This document shows, in pieces, positions 32,647-42,243 of a DNA stretch of 64,000 nucleotides; the first letter of the stretch is position 1, and the number at the start of each line of letters is the position of its first letter. The notes under the pieces are model-generated. The model saw nothing but the letters and a program-made list of their open reading frames with translations. It did no database searches and was not told the origin of the DNA. The stretch lies in contig JAUZSP010000003.1 of NCBI GenBank assembly GCA_030949385.1, positions 453,670 through 517,669 of the forward strand, given 5' to 3'. A program made the position numbers and the translations under genes. The DNA comes from Gammaproteobacteria bacterium (GTDB taxonomy: Bacteria; Pseudomonadota; Gammaproteobacteria; JAUZRS01).

Positions 32647-33432
32647 TTAGTGTCGTCGTGGCAATAAATTGGAGAGCAGAAAAAAGAGGCTGGCGGTGAC
32701 CACAATGGAAGGGCCGGTTGGGCTGTCCCACCAAAGGGACGCTTGAATGCCGATTAAAACCGACAGAGCGCCAATCACAATGGAGCCAAACGCCATCTGT
32801 TCGGGGCTGTTGGCCAGCCGTTGTGCCGCAGCAGAGGGAATAATCAATAGAGAAGTGATCAATAAAATACCCACCACTTTGAGCGCTACGGCCACCAATA
32901 CCGCAATCAACATGACAAAGACGACGTGGCTGCGAAACAGTGAAACCCCTTCAACTTGAGCCAGTTCTTCGTGCAGGGTGACCGCCAGCAGTTGTTGCCA
33001 CAGATAGGCCAGCACAAGCAGGCTTAGCAGGCTAACCCCAGCCATAATCCACAGCTCTTCGTTGGTGACCGATAAAATATCGCCAAACAGAAAGGCGTAG
33101 AGATCCAGTTGTTGGTTTTCAAGAAAGCCCAACCCCACTAGCCCCAACGAGAGACTGGTGTGGGAAAAAATACCTAAGAGGGTGTCGTTGGCCAGCGGTT
33201 GCCAGCGTTGCAAAAGGGCTAAAAACAGCCCTAGACCAACGGTGATCAACAGTACGCCAAAGGTGGGAGATAAGCCCATAAGAAAACCCAAAACGATGCC
33301 AAGCAGCGCCGAGTGCGAGATGGCTTCACCGAAATAGGCCATGCGTCGCCAGACGACAAAACAGCCCATGGGGCCTGCGACCACCGCGACCAACAGACCG
33401 GCAAGGATGGCGCGGTAGATAAAATCATCCAT
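32647..33432 (-). CDS. znuB: Zinc ABC transporter permease
   Basis: 'GCFVVWRRMAYFGEAISH', 'FLFGDILSV', 'ELAQVEG'; real start MDDF at 33432 overlaps the znuC stop. Confidence 0.92.
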   Translation of the reverse strand: MDDFIYRAILAGLLVAVVAGPMGCFVVWRRMAYFGEAISHSALLGIVLGFLMGLSPTFGVLLITVGLGLFLALLQRWQPLANDTLLGIFSHTSLSLGLVGLGFLENQQLDLYAFLFGDILSVTNEELWIMAGVSLLSLLVLAYLWQQLLAVTLHEELAQVEGVSLFRSHVVFVMLIAVLVAVALKVVGILLITSLLIIPSAAAQRLANSPEQMAFGSIVIGALSVLIGIQASLWWDSPTGPSIVVTASLFFLLSNLLPRRH

Positions 33433-34192
33433 GTTTATTTGGCTCTGAATGAGGCAGGATATTGCCGTGCAGGTCGTGTTGGTGGTCGTGGTGGTGGTTG
33501 TAGAGTGCCATGCTGTTGTCCAGAGCGCCAAACAGGCGCAGGTATTCAGGGTGCTGACTGACCGATTCGGGGTGCCCCGTGCAGCAAATATGGTGGTTCA
33601 GACAGATAACAAAATCGCTGGCGGCCATCACCAGATGTAGATCGTGGGAGACCATAAAGACGCTGCAACCCTGTTCGTCACGTACTTGGGCGATGATGCG
33701 ATACAGCTCTTGTTGGCCGTTGATATCAACGCCTTGCGCTGGTTCATCCAGTACCAGCAAGTTCGGTTCGCGCAGCAGAGCACGAGCAAGCAGCAGGCGC
33801 TGCATCTCGCCGCCGGAGACTTTTTGCAACGGTTTGTGCAAAATGGCTTGGATTTCAGTGAGTTCTAAAATAGTCTGCTGCTGCGATAAGTCAACTGGCA
33901 TATTCAGGGTGAGAAATCGTGCCACGGTGAGAGGTAGGCTGGGGTTGATGTGCAGCTTTTGCGGCATGTAACCGATGCGTAGGTCGGGGCGCTGGTAAAT
34001 CTGGCCTTGTTGCGGTTTGAGTAGGCCGAGCAAAAGGCGGATCAGTGTGCTTTTGCCAGAGCCATTGGGGCCGATGAGGGTGAGGATTTTTCCTTCGCGC
34101 AGTTCAAAACTGATGTTTTTCAGTACCTCTTGGCCTTGAAACTGATGGCTGAGCTGGTCGCATTTGAGAATTATTGAGTGCTTGTTTGTCAT
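33425..34192 (-). CDS. znuC: Zinc ABC transporter ATPase
   Basis: GPNGSGKS, 'VSGGEMQR', 'LDEP', 'CLNHHICCTGHP' and a His-rich tail. Confidence 0.93.
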   Translation of the reverse strand: MTNKHSIILKCDQLSHQFQGQEVLKNISFELREGKILTLIGPNGSGKSTLIRLLLGLLKPQQGQIYQRPDLRIGYMPQKLHINPSLPLTVARFLTLNMPVDLSQQQTILELTEIQAILHKPLQKVSGGEMQRLLLARALLREPNLLVLDEPAQGVDINGQQELYRIIAQVRDEQGCSVFMVSHDLHLVMAASDFVICLNHHICCTGHPESVSQHPEYLRLFGALDNSMALYNHHHDHQHDLHGNILPHSEPNKHG

Positions 34193-34258
34193 GCTGGGCT
34201 TTTGGGTTGATGCATTCGGGCTGATTTTACTGATCTTTTGAGGGGTGTGGTGAGGGAA

Positions 34259-35203
34259 ATGCGCTTTATTTTAAAAAATAGGTGGATGCTGTTTCTATTG
34301 TGGGTGGTTTTGTCCGTAAGCCAAGAGGCTCGTTCTGAGGCGGCGATTCGGCTGGTGGTTTCCATTAAGCCTCTGCATTCTCTAGCCAGTGCGGTGATGC
34401 GGGGGGTGGCAGAGCCGCAGTTGTTGATTAAAGGTCGGGTTTCGCCGCATCATTTTTCACTGAAGCCGAGTCACATTCGTATGTTGCAACAAGCAGATAT
34501 TCTGCTGTGGCTGGGCGCTACAGTGGAATCCTCGCTGGCCAAAGTGGTTGGGCAGTTGCCCGTTTCGGTGCAGAGTTTGAGCTTGTTACAGGAGCCGAGT
34601 CTGTTGCGGTTGCCGCTGCGAAACGGCGGTGTCTGGCATCACGATCATAATCATGGTGGCGTGGCGGAGTTGTTGGATGAGGGGGTGAAGATAGACTCTC
34701 ATCTTTGGTTGGATCCTTTTAATGCGAAACGTATTGTGCAGCGTTTGGCGGTGCTGTTAAGTCAGCGTGATCCCCGTAATCAAGAGCGCTACAAGGCCAA
34801 TGCGGAACGAGTTCTGAAACAGTTACAGGCCTTGCATTTGGAAATTAAGTTGCGCTTGGCGCCGATTCAGAATCGACCCTACTTGGTCTATCATGACGCT
34901 TATCAATATTTTGAGCGCCGTTACGCTTTGGCAGCAACGGGGGCGCTTGTGTTGGATTTGAGCCAGAGAGCGGGGGCAAAGCGGCTGCGCTTGTTGCGTA
35001 AAAAAATACAGTCTGATGCCATTCGTTGTGCTTTTTTTGAACCGCAGTACGATGCCCGTCTGTTGAATTCGGTGGTGGCTAATTTGCCGATTAAAGTTGA
35101 CGTATTGGATCCCTTGGGGGCTGATTTGCCCGCTGGAGAGGCGCTCTATTTTGATTTGATGCGGCGTTTAACGGCGCAGTTGGTGAGTTGTTTATCAGAT
35201 TAG
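34259..35203 (+). CDS. znuA: Zinc ABC transporter substrate-binding protein
   Basis: 'SIKPLH', 'SPHHF', His loop, 'DSHLWLDP', 'YHDAYQYFE'; divergent from znuCB. Confidence 0.9.
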   Translation: MRFILKNRWMLFLLWVVLSVSQEARSEAAIRLVVSIKPLHSLASAVMRGVAEPQLLIKGRVSPHHFSLKPSHIRMLQQADILLWLGATVESSLAKVVGQLPVSVQSLSLLQEPSLLRLPLRNGGVWHHDHNHGGVAELLDEGVKIDSHLWLDPFNAKRIVQRLAVLLSQRDPRNQERYKANAERVLKQLQALHLEIKLRLAPIQNRPYLVYHDAYQYFERRYALAATGALVLDLSQRAGAKRLRLLRKKIQSDAIRCAFFEPQYDARLLNSVVANLPIKVDVLDPLGADLPAGEALYFDLMRRLTAQLVSCLSD

Positions 35204-35235
35204 ACCTATACTTTGACTCTAGCAGGAGAGAAACG

Positions 35236-35469
35236 ATGAAAATGTTACTGTTGCTGCTGTTTTGTCTGAATTCTGTTGGGGTTATGGCGGAAGCCAAATA
35301 CGAGGAGACCCCTTATCCAGAGCCTAAAGTGGTGTTCGATTTTTTTCTCGATGATCCTAAAAAAATGGCCAGTGCGCTGTACTGGTTGCGCTCTTTGATG
35401 AACCCGCTAATGGACTCGCCATACGATTACGCGCCTGAGTTTATGGAGTTGAAGGTGGTGATTCACTGA
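35236..35469 (+). pseudogene. Truncated exported DsrE-family protein (77 aa, stops at ...KVVIH)
   Basis: AGGAG RBS, signal peptide, 'KVVFDFFLDDP...KVVIH', then TGA where the conserved HG motif and the Cys-bearing half should follow. Confidence 0.55.
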
Positions 35470-35477
35470 ACAGCAGA

Positions 35478-35507
35478 CAAAAAAAGGGAAGATAAATTCC
35501 TCCCTTG
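35478..35507 (-). terminator. Probable terminator of the LysM gene
   Basis: Minus strand AAGGGAGGA-loop-TCTTCCCTTTTTTT. Confidence 0.55.
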
Positions 35508-35532
35508 GTTGAAGTCTATTGGAGCAATGCGT

Positions 35533-36346
35533 TTAACGGGTTGGTAGACGCAATTTCTGTCCGGGCTGGATTTTGTTAGGATCCGAAATGATGTCACGAT
35601 TGGCATCAAATAGACGTTGATACGCTTGTGCATCGCCATAAAGACGAGCTGCAATACCCGATAGACTTTCACCTGGTTTGACCGTAATGGTGGCTTGAGA
35701 GGTGGTCTCTTCAACCAATACCGGCAGAGTGAAGGTGGGCGCAGTAAGAACATTGTCACTGCGCGTCGCCTGTTGCATTGAGGTCAACACTCGGTTCGGT
35801 ATCATCACCACTATCAGCGACTGTCTCCCCTTCATCATCCACTTCGGAGCTTAGACTCTGTAGATAAGGATCGTTAGAGTCGTTGATGGTGGCACTGAAA
35901 CCTTGAATCGCATTTTGAATCAGCTCGGTTTCGGTGGCCTCTTTGTCCAGCTCGGCTGCTAGGCTGTTGGTATTTTCTTTTGCCCCTGCTTCTTCATCAA
36001 CCGCATTGGATATGGCTTGCTGAATGGAGAGAAAGGAGGAGTCTAGACTGACATCGCCACTGGACTCAGCGGGTGCGCTGACCATGGGAGCCGTGGTGAT
36101 TTTGATTTCAGGTTTAAGTTCTGCTTTGGATTTTGGTGCTGGTTTACTGACCACAACAGCGGCTTTTGGGGCTTTTGTTGCTTCAGCATTGATTTCTACG
36201 GGTTCAGCTACTTCCGTTCCGGCTGCTTTTAAAATAGCGCGTTCAATCGAAGACAGTGCGTCTCCGTTGTCGGTGGCCGCCAACAGCGGCATTGAATGCA
36301 AACTTGTGAATATGATTGCCGAATAAACGGTGAGCGAAATTTTCAT
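35533..36346 (-). CDS. Exported acidic/low-complexity protein with C-terminal LysM domain; split by a +1 frameshift near 35761 (about 270 aa if corrected)
   Basis: GGAGG RBS before ATG 36346, signal peptide; the LysM 'TVKPGESLSGIAARLYG...IQPGQKLRLP' lies in the adjacent frame with no clear start of its own. Confidence 0.7.
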
Positions 36347-36467
36347 GTTGCTCCCTCCGCCGAGTAAAAAAAGGTCTGTCGAAGCGTAATTGACGCTTGA
36401 CCAATGGGGTTTATAAATCACACTGTTTTTAAGTGAACGTCAGTATAACTCTTTTTCACTTTTAGGT

Positions 36468-36503
36468 ATTAAAAGGCATGAAGTGTTCTGCATGCCTTTT
36501 AAT
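36468..36503 (-). terminator. Terminator hairpin downstream of the rhodanese gene
   Basis: ATTAAAAGGCATG-N10-CATGCCTTTTAAT inverted repeat. Confidence 0.65.
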
Positions 36504-36526
36504 GATTGTCATCTGTCGAAACTGGG

Positions 36527-37174
36527 TTATTTACCCGGTTTTACCACGGTGAGTCCCAGCAGTTGCCACGTCTGCATGCCGCCACGGAAGTAGTGCAGTT
36601 TTTCAGGTGGGTAACCGACGCGCATCAGACCTTTGATCGCACGGGGGGATTGACCACACCAAGGGCCGTTACAAAACAGCAGCAGTGATTTGGCATTGCG
36701 GAAATCCCAAAGATCCGCGCCTTGTTTCTTCGCTCCCAGTGCTTTCAGGACTTGACCTAAGTTGGGGTCGTCCGCTGGTGCGCTGGTGATGGTAAAGGGA
36801 ATGTTAACGGAACCGGGGATGGTGCCCTTTTTATGCCATTGTGGGGTGCGTGCATCGATCAACATGCCGCTGCCGTCTTTGGATTTGGTGAGCAGAAAGT
36901 CAAGCACTTCCATTTCGCCAACCGTGCGTACCCCAGGGGCTGCTTTCATCGGTTGAACGCAGAAAGGAGGACATTTGCGTGAGGTTTTTGCAAAGCCGTT
37001 GGTGAGTTTGTGTTTCTGGTCTTGAATACGTTCGATACGGACTTTTTTACCAAAATAGGTAATGTCCACGTAAGGCAACTCTGGTGAAATGTTAACGGAA
37101 CGAGCTTGGACACTCTGCATAGAAAAGAGTGCTGCTAAGCCAAGAATTGGTAAAGTTATGAGTTTAAATTTCAT
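36527..37174 (-). CDS. Periplasmic rhodanese-domain sulfurtransferase (SoxL-like)
   Basis: Signal peptide; CPPFC and CNGPWC cysteine pairs; 'IDART', 'GTIPGSVNIP', 'YFRGGMQTW'. Confidence 0.8.
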   Translation of the reverse strand: MKFKLITLPILGLAALFSMQSVQARSVNISPELPYVDITYFGKKVRIERIQDQKHKLTNGFAKTSRKCPPFCVQPMKAAPGVRTVGEMEVLDFLLTKSKDGSGMLIDARTPQWHKKGTIPGSVNIPFTITSAPADDPNLGQVLKALGAKKQGADLWDFRNAKSLLLFCNGPWCGQSPRAIKGLMRVGYPPEKLHYFRGGMQTWQLLGLTVVKPGK

Positions 37175-37614
37175 CGCCCTTGGAACCTCCTACCCTGGTT
37201 ATTGTATGGGTGATCATTTCATTTTGTCTCTCTCCATCACGTTGTTGTGAGTGGAGATCTACAGCTGTTTAAGTCTCGATTTGGTGTCTCTTTTTATCGA
37301 GAGATTTCATCTTCGCATACCCATCTTCTTTTTTTCGGAGATCGGTAACAGGCTCTTTTCAGACCCCTTTTTGCTGTTGTTGTCACAACGGGTTAACTTT
37401 TTCACAGTGGCTGGATGAGGTCAATAGACGGACTCACCGTAGGTCTGAGTAACGGTTACCACTATCTGGCATTCTTGAGAATTTTGTAGGATTTATGCTT
37501 AAAAGCTTTTAAATGTGATTCAGAGCCTCGATTTTGCAATGTTTCTGTTGCTGCCACTTAGGATTGAGAATGCTTGTATAATGCCTTCTTTTCGACGGAT
37601 GAAGTGAGTGCGTT

Positions 37615-38151
37615 ATGAACTTGGATAAGTTAGACATTGGTGACAACGTTCCAGATGAAGTGAACGTTGTGATTGAAATCCCAGCACAAGGTGAGCCAGT
37701 TAAGTATGAGCTGGATAAAGAGAGCGGGGGGTTGGTTGTGGATCGTTTTTTCGGTACCGCCATGCATTACCCATGCAACTACGGTTTTGTGCCCCACACC
37801 TTGTCCGAAGACGGTGATCCGGTGGATGTGTTGGTGATCACTCGGGTGCCTTTGCTGAACAGCGCGATTATTGCCGTACGTCCGGTGGGCATGCTGCGTA
37901 TGGAAGATGAATCCGGTGTGGATGCCAAAATCATCGCAGTACCCATTGATAAATTGACCCGCCAGTATAAAGATGTGCATGAACTGGAAGACTTGCCCGA
38001 AACCTTTTTGCATGAGATTTCTCATTTTTTCGAGCAGTACAAAGCTTTGGAGCCGGGTAAGTGGGCCAAGGTGGACGGTTGGGCTGATGCAGCAGCGGCT
38101 AAACAAGAGATTGTTGATTCAATAACTCGCTATGGAAATGATGCGACCTAG
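37615..38151 (+). CDS. ppa: Inorganic pyrophosphatase (family I)
   Basis: 'KYELDK', 'YPCNYG', DGDPVD signature, 'HFFEQYKALE'. Confidence 0.97.
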   Translation: MNLDKLDIGDNVPDEVNVVIEIPAQGEPVKYELDKESGGLVVDRFFGTAMHYPCNYGFVPHTLSEDGDPVDVLVITRVPLLNSAIIAVRPVGMLRMEDESGVDAKIIAVPIDKLTRQYKDVHELEDLPETFLHEISHFFEQYKALEPGKWAKVDGWADAAAAKQEIVDSITRYGNDAT

Positions 38152-38229
38152 TTGTTGAGCACATGTTTTATCCCATTTTGAAATCAGGATTGTTTTGTCT
38201 CTCTTGGTGTTTTCAATAGAGTGGCGTTT

Positions 38230-40098
38230 ATGGCTCGACGAGATCGAATACGTGACTTCAGTGGGGAAGCCCGAGTCATTCGTGAGCGTGCGATTTTGGC
38301 TGGGCTGTTGTGCGGTTTGATCATTGTGGTCTTGCTGGCACGGCTATTTCTGCTGCAAAAAGTCAATCACGAACATTATTTAACCCTCTCTACTAAAAAT
38401 CGCGTCCGTCTGATGGCGATTGCCCCCACTCGGGGGCAAATTTTTGATCGTAATGGGGTGGTCTTGGCGCAAAACCTTCCCAGCTATCGTTTGGAGATTA
38501 CCGCCGAAGAAGTTGCCTCAATGGAAGAGACTTTGCAGCAGTTGCAGCAGTACGTCTCTTTGAGTGAACGTGACATCAAACGCTTTAAAAAACTCAATCG
38601 ACGTAAACGTGCTTCAGAGGGGGTGCCGGTACGTTTTAATATGAGCGATCAGGAAGTGGCTCGATTCTCAGTGCATCGCCACCTTTTTCCGGGGGTTGAG
38701 GTGGTGGTGCGTCTGAATCGAAGTTATCCACTGAAAGAGTTGGCCGTACACACGGTTGGTTATGTGGGACGAATTAATGAGCGTGAAGCTAAAAAATTGG
38801 ATCGTGCTCGTTACAGTGGCACAACCCATACGGGCAAGACAGGCATTGAAAAATATTATGAAAATTTGCTGCATGGCCAAGTGGGCTTTCGTCAGGTAGA
38901 GGTCAATGTGCAGGGGAGAGTGGTGCAGGAACTGGATAAAAAAGCCCCCTTGCCAGGTAAAAACCTCTATTTGACCTTGGATTCAGGTTTGCAGGCGGCA
39001 GCAGAAAAAGCCTTAGCCGATTACAGCGGAGCGGCAGCGGTGGTGGATGTGCGCACCGGTGAGGTCTTGGCTTTGGTCAGTAAGCCGGTTTATGATCCGA
39101 ATCTATTTGTAAATGGCATCAGCCAGAAAAATTACGATTTATTGCGTAACAATGATGAACGACCGCTCTTCAATCGCAGTGTGTCGGGTCAATACCCGCC
39201 TGGTTCAACGATCAAACCGATGATGGGTGTGATTGGTTTGGAAGAGGGTGTGGTTTCAGTCCATGATCGTGTGTTTTGTGCGGGGTTTTATCGATTGCCC
39301 AATGAAGCGCGCCGTTACCGAGACTGGAAGCGCAGCGGTCATGGTTTGGTTAATTTGGAGCAGTCCATTGCTCAATCTTGCGATGTTTATTTTTACGATT
39401 TGGCTTTGAAGCTGGGCATTGATCGGCTTTCACCTTTTATGCAGCGCTTTGGTTTTGGTCATCGTACTGGCATTGATGTTCCTGGTGAAGCGAGTGGCAT
39501 TATGCCGTCACGTGCTTGGAAAAAGCGCAATCGCAAACAGTCGTGGTATCCAGGAGAGACGATCATTACCGGCATTGGCCAAGGCTATATGACGGTTACA
39601 CCGTTGCAGTTGGCGGTGGCAACGTCGGTGATTGCCAGCAAGGGGCGACGAGTACAGCCACACTTATTGATGGGGTCACAAGATATTTTGGGCGGTGAAG
39701 TGAAGTTGAGCAGCAGTCAGTTGTTAACGCCGTTGAATGACATTAAAGCGCAAACGTGGCAGGCGGTGATTCACTCTATGGAGAGCGTCATGTATGCACC
39801 TCAAGGGACAGGGCGACGCTCGGCTCTTAATGCGTCCTATCGGATTGCTGGAAAAACCGGTACAGCACAGGTTTACAGCTTGGGGCAAGATGAAAAATAC
39901 GATGCCAAAACCTTGGCTTATAAACTGCGGGATCACGCTCTGTTTGTTGCTTTTGCGCCGCTTGATCAGCCGAAAATTGCTTTGGCTGTGATCGCGGAGC
40001 ACGGTGGCGGCGGTGGTTCGGTGGCGGCACCGATTGCGCGTAAAATTTTAGATTATTATCTTGATGAAGGGGCTGCCTCCTCACGGAAGGAGCAGTAG
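38230..40098 (+). CDS. mrdA: Penicillin-binding protein 2
   Basis: TM anchor, 'PTRGQIFDRNG', STIK, SCD and KTG motifs. Confidence 0.95.
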   Translation: MARRDRIRDFSGEARVIRERAILAGLLCGLIIVVLLARLFLLQKVNHEHYLTLSTKNRVRLMAIAPTRGQIFDRNGVVLAQNLPSYRLEITAEEVASMEETLQQLQQYVSLSERDIKRFKKLNRRKRASEGVPVRFNMSDQEVARFSVHRHLFPGVEVVVRLNRSYPLKELAVHTVGYVGRINEREAKKLDRARYSGTTHTGKTGIEKYYENLLHGQVGFRQVEVNVQGRVVQELDKKAPLPGKNLYLTLDSGLQAAAEKALADYSGAAAVVDVRTGEVLALVSKPVYDPNLFVNGISQKNYDLLRNNDERPLFNRSVSGQYPPGSTIKPMMGVIGLEEGVVSVHDRVFCAGFYRLPNEARRYRDWKRSGHGLVNLEQSIAQSCDVYFYDLALKLGIDRLSPFMQRFGFGHRTGIDVPGEASGIMPSRAWKKRNRKQSWYPGETIITGIGQGYMTVTPLQLAVATSVIASKGRRVQPHLLMGSQDILGGEVKLSSSQLLTPLNDIKAQTWQAVIHSMESVMYAPQGTGRRSALNASYRIAGKTGTAQVYSLGQDEKYDAKTLAYKLRDHALFVAFAPLDQPKIALAVIAEHGGGGGSVAAPIARKILDYYLDEGAASSRKEQ

Positions 40099-40102
40099 GT
40101 CG

Positions 40103-41242
40103 ATGGCTTATTACGGTTACGATCGACGTCAGAATAACCCTCCTACATCTCTGTCGCGGATGATCTTGCAGTTTTTTCATCTGGATGGGTCTCTGTTGAT
40201 CTTGATCAGCCTGCTCTGTGGTGTGGGTTTGCTGGTGTTGTACAGCGCCAGTGGTGAGAGTGTGCGAATTGTTAATCGACAGGCAATGCATTTGGGTGCG
40301 GCTTATGTGGGCATGTTGCTGTTGGCGCAGGTCTCACCACAAACCTTGCAACGCTGGTCGCCGTGGCTGTTTCTGCTTGGCCTGCTGGCTCTGTTGGCGG
40401 TGCTGTTTTTTGGTGAAATGGGCAAAGGCGCACAGCGTTGGATTAACCTTGGTTTTATCCGTTTTCAACCTGCGGAGGTGATGAAATTGGCAGTGCCGAT
40501 GATGGTGGCTTGGTATTTGAGTGCCTTTGCCATGCCGCCCCGTTCGGTGCGTATTTTGATGGCGATGTTGTTGGTGCTGGTGCCTTGCGTGATGATCGGT
40601 ATGCAGCCGGATTTGGGTACGGCGATTTTGGTTGGCAGTGCCGGTTTTTTTGTGCTCTTTTTTGCGGGTATGCGTTTGCGTTTGATCGTCGGTCTGTTGG
40701 TTGTGGCTGGAGCGATGGTGCCGGTGATGTGGTACTTTTTTATGCACGCCTACCAGCGGCAACGGGTGTTGACTTTTTTAAACCCTGAATCCGATCCTTT
40801 GGGGTCGGGCTATCACATCATTCAATCTAAAATTGCCATTGGCAGTGGGGGGTTGTATGGCAAGGGGTGGTTGAACGGCTCGCAGTCGCAGCTGGATTTT
40901 TTGCCAGAGAGTTCGACGGATTTTATTTTTGCGGTGTTTGGCGAGGAGTTTGGCTGGTTTGGGGTGGTGGTGCTGCTGCTGCTCTATTTGTTGGTGGTGG
41001 TGCGTGGCCTCATGATTGCTGCACAGACGCAAGATCGTTATGCGCGTATGTTGGCAGGCAGTTTGAGCATGACATTTTTTGTTTATTTAGTGGTGAATGT
41101 TGGTATGGTGACCGGCATGTTACCCGTGGTGGGAGTGCCGTTGCCGCTGGTGAGTTATGGGGGAACCTCTGCGGTGACCCTAATGGTGGGTTTCGGCATT
41201 CTTATGTCCATTCAATCAGATCGACGACTATTGGCAAGATAG
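40103..41242 (+). CDS. rodA: Rod-shape-determining glycosyltransferase RodA
   Basis: 'GAQRWI', 'QPAE', 'QPDLGTA', 'TDFIF', 'SYGGTS'. Confidence 0.95.
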   Translation: MAYYGYDRRQNNPPTSLSRMILQFFHLDGSLLILISLLCGVGLLVLYSASGESVRIVNRQAMHLGAAYVGMLLLAQVSPQTLQRWSPWLFLLGLLALLAVLFFGEMGKGAQRWINLGFIRFQPAEVMKLAVPMMVAWYLSAFAMPPRSVRILMAMLLVLVPCVMIGMQPDLGTAILVGSAGFFVLFFAGMRLRLIVGLLVVAGAMVPVMWYFFMHAYQRQRVLTFLNPESDPLGSGYHIIQSKIAIGSGGLYGKGWLNGSQSQLDFLPESSTDFIFAVFGEEFGWFGVVVLLLLYLLVVVRGLMIAAQTQDRYARMLAGSLSMTFFVYLVVNVGMVTGMLPVVGVPLPLVSYGGTSAVTLMVGFGILMSIQSDRRLLAR

Positions 41243-41246
41243 GGAT

Positions 41247-42242
41247 ATGAAAAACAGTAAACTTTTGCAGGGTATTGTGGGTTCGGTGTTGTTGTTGGCC
41301 GCTTCGTTAACGCAAGCGTCTTACAGTGATCGTCAAGATGTGCGTCAATTTATTCAGAAGATGGTAAAAAAACATCAACTGGATAAGGCGATGTTGACCG
41401 AGTTATTTCGCGGCGCTGAGAAACAAAACGTCGTGTTAAAAGCGATGGCCAAACCGGCGGAAGGCGTTATGCAGTGGCACCGGTATCGGCGTATTTTTCT
41501 GACCGACAATCGCATCAATAAAGGCGTGGCCTTTTGGCGGGACAACCGCGCTTTGCTGGAACGAGCGGAAAAAAAATTCGGTGTACCCGCTAGGATCATT
41601 GTGGCCATTATTGGCGTTGAAACTTATTACGGTAAACGCTGGGGTACGCTGCCGGTGTTGGATACGTTGATCACTTTGGCCTTTGATTACCCCAAGCGGG
41701 CTAAATTTTTTACCAAAGAGTTGGAGCACTTTTTACTCTTGCAAGAGCAAGAGTCTATTGATGTGCTTAAGGTGACCGGTTCTTACGCTGGAGCGATGGG
41801 GATGCCGCAGTTTATCTCCAGCAGCTATCGTGCGTACGCGGTGGATTTTGATGGTGATGGCAAACGAGATCTCTGGAACAGTAAATCCGATGTGATTGGC
41901 AGTGTAGCCAACTACTTTAAGCGTCACGGCTGGAAAATGGGACAGCCCGTTACGGAACAGCTGTTTCCCGAAGGGGATGCTTATAAGTCGCTGTTGAGTA
42001 AAAAACTGAAACCAAAACGCTCTGCACGGCAGTTGAAAAAAGCCGGTTTTGCTGTTGATGCCAAAAAAGGTGAGCGCTTTAGCGTTACTGAATTTGTACA
42101 AAAAAAGGGCGCAGATGTGTGGTTGGGGCGGCATAATTTTTATGTCATTACCCGTTACAATCACAGTGCCATGTACGCGATGGCGGTCTATCAATTGAGT
42201 GAAGAGATCGCTAAAAAGCGTCAACAAGAGATGATTAAGTAG
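41247..42242 (+). CDS. mltB: Lytic murein transglycosylase B
   Basis: 'GVETYYG', 'GSYAGAMGMPQF', 'DFDGDGKRDLW', 'YNHSAMYA'. Confidence 0.93.
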   Translation: MKNSKLLQGIVGSVLLLAASLTQASYSDRQDVRQFIQKMVKKHQLDKAMLTELFRGAEKQNVVLKAMAKPAEGVMQWHRYRRIFLTDNRINKGVAFWRDNRALLERAEKKFGVPARIIVAIIGVETYYGKRWGTLPVLDTLITLAFDYPKRAKFFTKELEHFLLLQEQESIDVLKVTGSYAGAMGMPQFISSSYRAYAVDFDGDGKRDLWNSKSDVIGSVANYFKRHGWKMGQPVTEQLFPEGDAYKSLLSKKLKPKRSARQLKKAGFAVDAKKGERFSVTEFVQKKGADVWLGRHNFYVITRYNHSAMYAMAVYQLSEEIAKKRQQEMIK

Positions 42243-42243
42243 T

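Noticed and set aside
35467-35469. TGA as selenocysteine read-through in the DsrE-like gene
   Set aside because: The position corresponds to the Gly of the HG motif rather than Cys; read-through gives about 25 unrelated residues; the nearby hairpin is the terminator of the opposite gene
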